A stretch of DNA of 64,000 nt, taken from assembly GCA_009914755.4 (NCBI GenBank), contig CP068257.2, positions 20,032,001-20,096,000 on the forward strand, in the 5' to 3' direction. Of this stretch, positions 1-12,127 are shown piece after piece. The position numbers were made by a program, and so were the translations under genes. The notes under the pieces were generated by a model that searched no databases, was not told where the DNA came from, and worked only from the letters and a program-made list of their open reading frames with translations. Positions within the stretch are counted from its first letter, which is position 1, and every line of letters starts with the position of its first letter. This DNA comes from the human T2T-CHM13v2.0 reference genome, Homo sapiens.

Positions 1-1262
1 TGAATACCATTGGCCTTGCTGATAATACATTGACAGAATTTTCCCTGCAAGTAGCAGATATACAATTTTTTCGTAACTTACTTGTAGCATATCTATATTC
101 ACATAAGGGTTTATGGGGATAAAGAACCAAAATATGGGCATTTTTATTATACTAAAACATTATAACATGCTATCTAAAATGGTCATTTTAAATTTGTGCT
201 CTACCTTGCTTTTGCATGTATAGTAACAAAAATCAGGAGAAAGAGAGTAAAAATTGTGGTCACCTAATGTTTAATCTATAAGATTTTATGTATATTTCTA
301 AATAAGAGAAGTAGATTTTTTACTAAAACAAAGTTACATGAAGATTTATAGTGTGACATAAGACTGAATTTGAAGTAAATACTATTATTATTATTGCATG
401 TAATCTAATCTTGAAACTCATTTGAATAGGAAGGCCAGAAAAAATATTAGGATATGAAAACAAATCAACTCAAGAGATTTGAAATAGCATTTCTGGCTTA
501 GTTTATTGATCAGAGAACTGGTAACAGAATTATGGAAATAATTTCCTGATCAATATTTTTGGAATGGAGAAACCTTGAGAAAGGGTTGTTGGTGAATTAA
601 TAATTTTGTTTGGGACACTTACATTTGAATTTCCTATTGGATAGATACATCACAATGTCTTCGTTTTTCAGGCACCCAGTAAGGGAGTCTATAAAGAACT
701 AATTTTCCCCTACATTGGAAGGTGGTGACAGGAAGGTATTTTAATCAGGGCTCTGGTGGAATACAAGACAGAAATAATTTCCAGGGAGAAACTCTTTTTT
801 CAAACAATTCAGGCAGAAGAGGGAATGGCAAGATGAAATTTTGGATTCTACATGTGCTCACCTATCATTTAATTTTCATTACCAACACCAAGTATACACA
901 TTTTTAAAAATGATGAAGATAACATTTCAATTATGTAGTGTAAGGATGAATTAATCACTACGTCATCATGCAGAAAGAACTGATTTAATCATTAAAAACA
1001 AAACAATTACAAACTCTATGGTTTCTTTCACACCAGGAAACTTAGAAAGCAACAAGAACAAGAAAAAGGCAGATGTTATAAAAGCAAAGCTAAATACTTT
1101 GGGTATATATACATGTAAAACCTCTGTGTAATGGAATATATTATAAAAAGTGGTGAACAATAAGCAACCATATTTCTTAAATACTTGTAATATATATGAA
1201 ATATAAAGATTTGAAAAGAAAATATGTAAAGATCTCTTATAATAAAAGACAGACTTTCTAAT

Positions 1263-1737
1263 ATGTTTATTACACTATTCACACTGGCAAAGACATGAAA
1301 TCAACCTGTGTACCCATCAATGGTGGATTGCAAAAAGAAAATGTAGTGCATATATGCCATGGAATTCCATGCAGCCATAAAATAGACCAAAATTATGTCT
1401 CGTGCAGCAACATGAAGGCAGTTGGAAGCCATTATTCTAAGCGAATTAATGCAAGAAGAGAAAATCAAATATTGCATTTCTTCACATATAAGTGGGAGCT
1501 TAACACTGAGCACATGTGGACATGGGAACAATTAACACTGTGGACTACTACAGTGGGGATGGTAAGGGAGAAAGGGGGCAGTGGTTGAAAAACCATCTAC
1601 TGGGTTTTATGCTTACTACTTAAGTGATGGGATCTGTACCCAAACCTCAGCATCATGCAATGCACCTATGTAACAAACTTGCACATGCACCTCAAGTATC
1701 TGAAATAAAATTTGAAATTAAAAAAATTGAACCATTG
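1263..1737 (+). mobile_element. Old L1 (L1M/L1PB-like) 3' end fragment with ORF2 C-terminal remnant and A-rich tail
   Basis: ORF 1295-1588 translates to ...YSKRINARRENQILHFFTYKWELN..., which I aligned by eye to the L1 ORF2 C-terminus. The DNA from 1263 aligns to the L1 3' region (tattcacaatagcaaagac... analogue). It ends in an A-rich stretch at 1700-1737. Confidence 0.55.
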
Positions 1738-2615
1738 TTATGCCAGAAAACATAAAAGAAATACTCATCAGGAATAGTATGTTCAAATGTTTGATCTAAT
1801 CAGAGATCCAAGGAAGGCAAATAAAATAACGATGAAATAAAACAACAAAATAAATTCCTCCTGTTTGTTTCGAAAATAGATTGTCCCTTCAACTTGTGGT
1901 TAAAGTTTAAATTGGTACAAACTTTATGACGAGAAATTAGCTGAAAAATGCTTACATTGCACTGAATCAGCCAGTTTGAGAGATCTTAGAAAGCCTTGGC
2001 TACCAGAATGATAATTACAATGTATGAAATGAAAAAAATTGCTAAGCAGTTAACATTTAGTAGAAAGTCATTGATTAAGTAATCTATTAAGTGAAATACT
2101 TATAAGTCATTAAAATTGCATTAGAGATATAGTGAGCATCTGTTGTGGCTGCTGGAACCCCATCAATTCTACTATTTCTCTACTCATACTAATTAGCCTT
2201 TGTTATCTACTATCACTGCCCCCGACATAACACACATATGAGACAGAATCCTGAAGAATCCTGAGTCCTGATAGGAAGTGTCAAGGTGCCCACCCTTCTC
2301 TTGGATCTTGAATGGAGCGCATAATCACTTTTAACAGTGAGAGCTGATGAATCCCAACAGAGAAACCTGGAATCAACTGTTTCTTGGTTTCTGTTAGTTA
2401 TATTCTTGGAGCTACCCCAGTTTCTATTTTAAATATGAAAATGAAAATAGCATTTTTAGCTTCTCTGTAAGTTCTATCAGCCTGTCTATCTACATAAGAT
2501 TGTATACTTGTTTAAAGGACCCTACTTTGGTTTCTGTTGCTTGCAAACAGAGAGCTAAAAAAAAAAAATCTAGATGTATTTACTGAAAAAAGATGGTCAC
2601 CAAATTTTGGTGACT

Positions 2616-2964
2616 ATATTAGTCTGTTCTCATGGTGCTATTCAGACATACCTGAGACTGGGTAGTTTATAAAGGACAGAGGTTTAATTGACTCATACTT
2701 CCACATGGCTGGGGAGGCCTCACAATCATGGCAGAAGGTGAATGAGTACCAAAGTCATATTTTAAATGGTGGCAGCCAAGAGAGCTTGTGCAGGGGAACT
2801 CCCATTTATAAAACCATCAGCTCTCATGAGACTTTTTAAACAGCAGGAGAAAAACCCACCCCTATGATTCAATTAACTTCCGCTGAGTCCCTCCCACAAC
2901 ATGTGGGAATTATGGGAGCTACAATTCAAGGTGAGATTTGGTTGGGACACAGCCAAACCATATC
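2616..2964 (-). mobile_element. THE1/MST-class (ERVL-MaLR) 3' LTR, reverse-complement orientation
   Basis: The reverse complement matches the THE1 LTR consensus motifs: tgatatggtttggctgtgtcc...caattcaagatgagatttgggtgggacac...ttataaattacccagtctc...gagaacagactaatac. Confidence 0.7.
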
Positions 2965-4195
2965 GTTCCAACCCTCCCCCTCCCAAATCTCATGTCCTCA
3001 AATTTCAAAACTACTCATGCCTTCCCAACAGTCCCCAAAAGTCTTAACTCATTTCAGCATTAACTTAAAAGTCCATAGTCCAAAGTGTCATCTGAGAAAA
3101 GGCAAGTTCTTCTGCCTGTGAGCCTGTAATATCAAAAGCAAGTTAATTACTTCCTAGATACAATGTGGGTACAAGCATTGGGTAAATACACCTGTTCCAA
3201 ATGGGAGACGTTGTCCAAAATGAAGGTGCTTCAGGCCCCATGCAAGTCCAAAATCCAACAGGCCTGTCAAATATTAAAGCTATGAAATCATCTCCTTTCA
3301 CTCCATGTCTCACATACAGGTCACACTGATGCAAGACGTGGGTTCCCATGGTCTTGGGCAGCTCTACCCCTGTGGTTTTTCAGCATACACCCCTCCTTCT
3401 GGATAGTTTCACAAGCTGGCATTGAGTGTCTGCAGCTTTTCTAGGTACGTAGTGCAAGCTGTCGGTGGAGCTATCATTCTGAGGTCTGGCGGATGGTGGC
3501 CCTCTTCTCACAGCTCCATTAGGTAGTGCCCAGTAGGGACTCTGTGGGAGGGCTCCAACCCCACATTTTCCTTTTGCACTGCCTTAGCAGAGGTTCTCAA
3601 TGAAGACCCTGCCTCTGCAGCAGACTTCTGCCTGGACATCCAGACATTTCCATACATCCTCTCAAATCTAGGTGGAGGTTCCCAAACATCAATTCTTGAT
3701 TTCTGTGCACCCACAGACTCAACACTATGTGGAAACTGCCAAGGCTTGGGGCTTCCACCCTTTGAAGCCATGGCCCGAGCTCTACCTTGGCCCTTTTAGC
3801 CATGGCTGGAGCAGCTGGGGCACGGGGCACCAAGTACCTAGGCTGCACGGAACAGTGGGGCCCTGGGCCAGGCCCAGGAAATTATTTTTTCTTCCTAGGC
3901 CTTTGAGCCTGTGATGGGAAGGTCTGCCACGAAAGTCTCTGACCTGCCCTGGAAACAGTTTTCCCACTGCTTTTGAGATTAACGTTTGGCTCCTCATTAC
4001 TTATGCAAAGGTCTGCAGCCACCTTGAATTTCTCCTCAGAAAAAGGGTTTTTCTTTTGTATTGCATCTTCAGGCTGCAAATTTTCTGGACTTTTATGCTC
4101 TGCTTCCCTTTTAAACATAAGTTCCAATTCCACACCAAAGCTTTGTGGATACATAAAACTGAATGATTTTATAGTGAAAAGCAAATAATTTGAGA
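2965..4195 (-). mobile_element. THE1-class internal region, 5' truncated, no 5' LTR present
   Basis: ORFs 3143-3349(-) and 3882-4319(-) translate to THE1-internal-like peptides (e.g. AEHKSPENLQPEDAIQKKNPFSEEKFKVAADLCISNEEPNVN). The DNA is contiguous with the LTR at 2964 and ends abruptly near 4195. Confidence 0.6.
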
Positions 4196-5094
4196 AGATG
4201 TAAGAAGGTATGAGTGCTGTATGAAAAGAAGTTTTTTCAACAGAAACCAATGTGAAACTTAGGTAATAGATATATGTTTTCATACTGATTTTCTTAATTG
4301 ACATTTTAATTTGGCCCACCCAAACATCTGGATAGCCAGGCTGTCTGCTTCTTCAATGGAAGTAGGTTTCGTTCTCTGTGTAAAAGAAGGGTACCCCATT
4401 ACCAGTGTCCTCCCTTCCATAATAGCTGAAGAGAGTGGCTCACTTAGACATGTTCAAGAGCAACCAAAATGGCCTCAGGTTGTGGTTGGCTCCAATGTCC
4501 CTGCCAGGGGTGCTATCTTTACTACTAACCCCAGCTGTTACTATTTCCCCATTTGACATTGCTGAATCTCTTCTATCTCTATTTCATTCTGTGCCGTTCT
4601 CTAGGTGTAAACAGGAGTTGTGCAGATTTAACAAAAGGTAACACTCTTCTTTAATTTTTCTGTTGAAGATCTAGATATAGCTAAAGCTTGATTATGAGCT
4701 GCATGCACAACAATTGACATATTGCGTATCAAAACATTTTCTAATAAAATGTAGATATATGATGTTTTGATTACCGTAGTTTTTGTTTATTATCAGTGAA
4801 TTATTTTCCTTATAAATTGGGACTATATTTATTTTTATAGTCCCAATTATAGTAAGGGATTATAGTAAGGATAACTATATTGTTAATCTTAAGATTGAAA
4901 AGTTGAAGAGTATATTTTAATATCATGGCAAAACTGAGGAAACATTTTAAAAATCCATTTGAAACAAACTGTGTACTGCATAAAACAAATTATCGTGATG
5001 TTGTAAGATATTACTAGAAAATGTATAAGTACTTTAATAAGCCAAAGCATGCGTGGGTATAAGTATTTACTACTGTGCAATGCATTACCACACA

Positions 5095-5845
5095 CTTAGA
5101 GGTTTAGAACAAAACATCTTAATTATCTCACAGTTTGTGTGTCAGAATTCCAGGAATAATATGGCTTGGTCTTCTGCTCAGGGTCTCACAAGGCAGCATT
5201 TAATGTATTATTAGCAAGGTTGCATTTCTGTCTGAAGCTTGAGGTCCCCTTCCAAGCTCATATGATTATTGGTCGAATTCTCTTCTAGCTACTGTAGGAG
5301 TATGGTCTCACTTTTCTGCTGACTGTCAGCTGGGAGATGCTTTTATTTCCCAGAGGCCACTCAGAAATTTTTTCCATGTGGCTCTTTCTCAGGTTCTCTT
5401 ACAGACCTCTGAGAACATGACAGATTATTTCTTCAAGACTAGCAAAAGTCTTTCTGGCTCTACTCTGTTAATATGGGGTCTTACGTAAGAATCACAGGAG
5501 TGGCTACCCCATCACCTTTGCCATATTCTTTTGGTAAAAACAAGTCAGAGATTTCACTCAAACTTATGGGGAAAAAAACTTTTCAAGGGTCAGGACACAT
5601 AGGGGTCACCTTGTATATGCCCAGCACAACAGGTTACCTTATAAGTCTTTGTTTTAACATCTTATTAGCCTTGCTTTTAAGATAACCAAATTGGGGTGGG
5701 ACTAACAAAGACTAATTTATTCATATGAGATTCAGTCTTGTGGTTTGGCCAAGCCTATCACAATGAGCAAATTAAATATGTTCAGGTCATTTGAACACGT
5801 CATTGTGGAGACATGCATGGGAAATCCAATTTGATACAAAGTCCT
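5095..5845 (+). repeat. Ancient MaLR-type (MLT1-like) LTR-derived interspersed repeat
   Basis: It carries the motifs atctcacagtt..tgtgtcagaattccagg...ctgctcagggtctcacaagg at the start and ...ggagacatgcatgggaaatccaatttgatac at the end. The same family occurs at 8088 and 8958. The family name is uncertain. Confidence 0.35.
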
Positions 5846-7203
5846 ATGTTTAGACAGTGGTCAAACTTGTGAACTATCTTAATCAAATATAATAATATTG
5901 ACATAATCCTCCCTAAGGTGAAAAAATTATTAAATTATTCAGCAAATACTTGATCTGAGTGTGTCATAACTAAATGTCCTTCGAAAAAAGAAATTTTAAG
6001 GTATTTTTGGAAGTAGTTTAAAAAAAGATAAGATTCAATCAATCTAAACTGAGACTAGAGAGAGATTTTGGTTAAAATAATACAGGATATTCATATCCAT
6101 TCTATATTTATATTTCCTTGAGCTAAAAATCAATTGAGCCAAAATCATCATGTTTATTTATATAGAAAGGATATGACATAAAGGCAAATATAATTTCTAA
6201 CCTCATTTCACTTTTTCAAAGAGTAAGCATAAAATATACAAATAGAACATACATTTGAAAAAGTTAATATTTAACATGAAGTATAACAATTTTTGAAGTA
6301 GGTATTCTGCCTTAAGGACTTTTTGTATAAAATAAAACCTAATGACTATTGAGATCCACCTGAAGAATATGACAGAGGACAGGTTAAGGTATCCTCAAAT
6401 AAAAATGAGAGTTTCTTGTATAAATTTTAGTGCCTATAATTCCTCTAATCAAAGTTGTATTTGATGGCTTTAGCAAAAACAAAATGACTTGACTTTCTTC
6501 TCATCTTTACTATGTGATTGCCACTTATGAATGGAAAAATCTTAATTGGTACTTGCTTACAGAGTTTACTTTTACGTTTTAATTTGTTTAGATTATATAG
6601 CTCAAATTCATCAATTGGACATATGAATTGTCCTGATTTGTAATTTTTTCCTAAATTTTATTCTAGTGTATAAACACGTAAACTGTCCCACATGAATGTC
6701 CTTGTCATTTTTGTGCTAAAGATGCATTTAGAAGTATCAAGTAATTGACATATGCTCCTTTGAATACAGGTTAGCACAAACGTTTTAATAGAAAATGTAA
6801 AGAGTGAAGTGATCACTGAAGGGAGCACTTATAGTATATATAGCTATTAACAGAAATAGTTGCTTTTATGATATATGTTTTTCATTACAAAAGATGATTC
6901 TTTGATGACTAGTCAAATACAAATGAATAAAAACTCATGTTTAAGATAAACCACAAGTGTTTAGTCACCAACAAATGAAAAAGACAAATATGTTTAAATT
7001 ACACGTTTAAATATTTCATATTTCATAATATTGAATGCTGATTTTCTTTTAGAGATAGTAAAAACAATTCATAAATGTCTGAATCGCTATTCAGTGTAAA
7101 TTGGAGAGGTATTGCATCTTTGCTTGATTGAAATGCTGTTATATGTGGAAATACAAAGTTTGATATACTTATAAATGGTAAGTTTCAATAAAGTCTCAAC
7201 TCA

Positions 7204-7549
<346 letters not shown>

Positions 7550-8087
7550 AAAAGTGTGCAAGTGAAATGACAAGGCTGGACTTCCTACAAGGAAACAAAG
7601 ATATTCAGTAAAAGTTTTAGTTAGGTTCCAGACATCTACATAATTACACAAAAATGCTTGAAGAAACAGAAGTTCAATAGACAAATAATCATTGTGAAGG
7701 CAGGGGAAGAATTGCATGATTAGTTATGAAAGAAATGATTTGAAGAGGAATTAGAAGGATTTTAAAAGGTATTTCCAAGATAAAATGTCAAAAGCCTCTT
7801 ATACATTCAATACAGCTTTTGTTTCACTTAGGGCAGTGGATATAAGGTGACCAAATGTCTCCATTAACATAGGACTAAGGGCTTTCTCAAGAATGGTAAA
7901 AGTAAGAAAAATCCATGGCCAAAACACGACAAGCTGGTCAACCTAGCAGTGGTTCTTACCATTTACCCAAATTATCTGAGGATGTTTTTTGTACAAGAAA
8001 AAAATAAATTTAAAACACACCCAAGCTCCTACAAATAGATTATATTTGAACTGGTCTGAGATGAAGTCAGGTATTGTATTGTTTGTA

Positions 8088-8660
8088 TATTAGTTTTCTA
8101 TTGCTGTCATAACAGATTTCCAAAACGTAGTGGTTTAAACACAAATGTATTATCTCATTGTTCTGTAGTTCAGACATCTAGGTGTAATGTGGCTTGGCTG
8201 GTTTCTCTGGTTAGTCTCACAGGACTGAAAGCCAGGTGTCAGCAAGTAGTATCCTAGAGGCTTTGGGGATGAATCCATTTCCTTACTCAGTCAGGTTGCT
8301 GGTGGAATTCAATTGCTTGAAGAGGGTAATAGGAGTGAGATCCTTGTGTCCTTGGCTAGCTGTAAGCTACAGACTGTTCCCAAATCCTAGAGTCCACCCA
8401 CATTCCCTAGGTGGTGACTGCTTATCCCTCTTCAAAGCTCATGATGCCAAGTTGAACCCTTTTCCTGCATCCAATCTCCATGGTCTGCCCTCCCCCGGAC
8501 CCCACTGCTTCATCTCTCCTACTCTTTCATCCACATCACTCTGATTCTTTTCCATCCTCTCCTGCTTGTTTCAGGCCCATGTAATTACCTTGTGCCCACC
8601 TGGATAACCTAAGACCATCACCTTATTTTAAGGTGAGCTGATTGGTAACTTATTTTCACC
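8088..8660 (+). repeat. Ancient MaLR-type (MLT1-like) LTR copy
   Basis: It starts ttagttttctattgctgtcataacagatttccaaaacgtagtggtttaaacac and ends ...gtaattaccttgtgcccacctggataacctaagaccatcaccttattttaaggtgagctgattgg, matching MLT1-type LTR structure. Confidence 0.35.
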
Positions 8661-8957
8661 TAAAGTCTTTTTTACAGCAGTACCTAGACGAGTGTTTGCT
8701 TGAATAACCAAAAGATGGGAATTTTGGAAAACATCCTTAGAATTCTGCCTACTCCAGTTTGTTCTACTATGGGTTCTCTGAGTAATTCTAACTTGGCAGC
8801 CAGATTTGAAAAGCATTTTTCAGGCATGCATTCTTGCTATTGTGCTACCTGATCACACCTACTTCCATATCTCTACAAGCACCAGATATTCTCAATATGG
8901 GAAGAAATAAATACTCTCTCTAGGACTTTCAATTTTACTGTGACATATAAAGAACTT

Positions 8958-9425
8958 AGAAGTTAAATTAGTTTCCTATTGCTGGTATAAGAAATTACAA
9001 CAAACACAGCGCCTTAAAACAGTGTAAATTTGTCTTACATCTCTGGAGTCAGAGGTTCAAAAATCAGCCTCACGAAGCTAAAAACAAGTGTCAACGGGGT
9101 AAATTCCTTCTTCAAGCTTTGAAGGGAAGAATCTATTTTCTTGCCCTTTTACCTCCTAGTGGCTGCCTATATTATTTGGCTTGTGGACACTTCTTCACAT
9201 CACTTTAACCTATCACATCCATCATCACACCTACTACAGACTCTGAACTCCTGCCTCCCTCTTCTAAGATCCTTTGTGATTACATCATACTCACATGAAT
9301 AACCCAATATAATCTCTGCATCTCAAGATTCTTAACTTAATCAGATATTAAAAGAGCCTCTGCCATATAACATTCAGAGTTTCCAGGAGTTACGACATGA
9401 ACATCTTTGAGGGGTAATTTTTAAG
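8958..9425 (+). repeat. Ancient MaLR-type (MLT1-like) LTR copy, same orientation as 8088-8660
   Basis: It starts tagtttcctattgctggtataagaaattacaacaaacacagcgccttaaaacag and ends ...tttgtgattacatcatactcacatg...acgacatgaacatctttgaggg. Confidence 0.35.
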
Positions 9426-10223
9426 TCTACGATAAACATGAGCATCTTTACAAAAAGAACAAGTAGATGAATTTTAAGACACAAAATTTTAAATCCTTCA
9501 GATAAATGAGGTTGTAGAGCAGAATGCTGTGCCAAAATCTGGAGACACAGGTGCATCCATGGAGTCATAGTCGAGATCAGCTTACTGAAGCAAATCACTG
9601 AGCCATAAACTGATAGAAGTATTTCAACACTAATTTTTATCAATTGATGGAAACTGAGTGTGGTCCACTGTGAGAAATTCCCAGAGGCCACAGTTTCAAC
9701 CCTTGGTGGGCATCATCTCTAGTAACATCAACAATTTATCACTGAGAAGGTCTAAGAAAGATGCCATTGTTGACTCCTGCTGGTGAGGGAAATTAATTGT
9801 GAAACATGCCTAGAGGCTTCTCTCTAACAAACGTCTATTCTCTATGGAAAAAGACTTCTCCAGTGTCTTTTTCAAGCAGAGGGAAAGGCATTCTTCCCAA
9901 TCTAGTCCCCGTTAGGCTTCCTACATCACCTGTGGGTGAAAATGTAAACAAACGCTAGGGCTGACTGCACAGAAAGCCAACCACTGAGATTATGAGTATT
10001 GCCAGGAAAGATGGCTTTATTATGGGTAACGTCAGCTCGAGAGATGGGAGGCAAGACCCAAATTATCCTTTCTTTAACTACTAATGTTTGGGATTTACAG
10101 AGTGGGGGAGGAAAACTAGAGAGGCAAGGAAGAGGAGTTGGTCAAAGACAGCAGGTGGTCCAATGAGGGGTTTAGCATCTTATTGTAGCCACATATGAAA
10201 AAACAGGAATTAATGAGGGGTAA

Positions 10224-10589
<366 letters not shown>

Positions 10590-11654
10590 TCAGTTTTTTG
10601 GGTGTCAGGCATGTAGGAATATTGGGCCAGTGTCAAAAAACAATAGTGAAAAGGAGTCAGAGCTTCAAGGAAATAGATCGGGAATACTGAACAAATGAGG
10701 GGACTAGGGAGAAGGGAGATTTAAAAAAATGTATTCTCAAGATACATGCCCATTCAACTACTGAAGATTTAGAATTAAGATGGCCTCATTCCTCCCCGAC
10801 AATTTGTCACCAAAGCAATGCAGTGTAATAACTAAGGATTGAAGCTTAAAGAGCTGCAAGACATGTATTGTCACTGAGGAGTACTTAGGGAAGCCAAAAA
10901 TCAATAAGAGACTAAAATAAAAACATTAGAAAACTGTAAACCACTGGCACCTATAGCTACAACAAAACTTAAACTAGCCCATCTCTAGCAAGATTTACAT
11001 CAATACTAATATAAAAAGCCTATTTACCTCAGTTAATATTACAGGTAAAAAATGTCAAGCATTCAACACAAATTAGATGGAATGCCAAAGGCAAGAAAAA
11101 ATATCCTTGGGGGAAATAATACAATTAACAGAACAAGACTATGATATGATACAGATATAATTATCAGATGAGGGATTTAAAATAACAATAATCAATGTGC
11201 TGAAGGCTTTAGTGAAAAGTAAAAGAAACAAGTTCAAGATCATATGGGTAATGAAAACAGAGAGATGGAAACTGTAAGAAAGAATAAAAAGAAAATGCTA
11301 GAAATAAAAAACATCCCGACGAAAATGAAGAATCCCTTCTATTGCTCAACAATAGATTTGACAAAATTGAGGAATGATTCAGTGGGCTTGAAATTACAAT
11401 ACAATTTTGTAAAGTAAAATTTAAAGACAGAAAGAATAATAATGTAAGAGAGAACTCAACATCCACGAACATGGGATGATTTCAAAAGGTGTTTCATAAA
11501 CAGAATTGGATTATCAGAACCAGAAGAGACAGGAAGACATATTCCAAGTTGTAATGTATGAAAACTTTCCAAAATTATTTACAGATAAAATCCTATCAAA
11601 TCCAGGAAGTTGAAAGAATAACAAGCAATATAAACACCAAATTTTTGATTTATA

Positions 11655-11700
11655 ACAATAATATTACTATAACAATAATATTATAACAATAATATTACAA
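11655..11700. repeat. Short tandem repeat (ATAACAATAATATT)n, about 3 units
   Basis: The tandem unit is visible directly in the sequence. Confidence 0.6.
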
Positions 11701-12086
11701 AATTTATGAAATTGATTTTCATAAGTCAAGCATTGACCTAAGTACTTTTATTTTTAATTTTTGTTTTGTGTTTGGGGGTACATGTGCAGGTTTGTTATAT
11801 TGGTAAAATGTGTGTTGCAGGAGCTTGGTGTACGGATTATTTTGTCACCCAGGTAATATGCATAGCACCCGATAGGTAGTTTTTGGATACTCACCCTCCT
11901 CCCAACCTTCACTCTCTAGTAGACCCCAGTGTCTGTTGTTTGCTTCTTTGTGTCCATATGTACTCAATGTTTAGCTCTCACTTACCAGAGAGAACATGCA
12001 GTGTTTGGTTTTCTGTTTCTATGTTAATTCACTTAGGATAATGACCTCCAGCTACATCCTTGTTGCTGTAAAGGACATTATCTTGT

Positions 12087-12127
12087 TTTTTTTTTTTTGT
12101 TTTTTTTTGTTTTTTTTTTTTTTTATG
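12087..12127. repeat. Interrupted poly-T homopolymer (about 40 nt) expanded inside the L1
   Basis: ttttttttttttgtttttttttgtttttttttttttttt sits where the L1 consensus has only a short T run before atggctgcatag. Confidence 0.7.
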
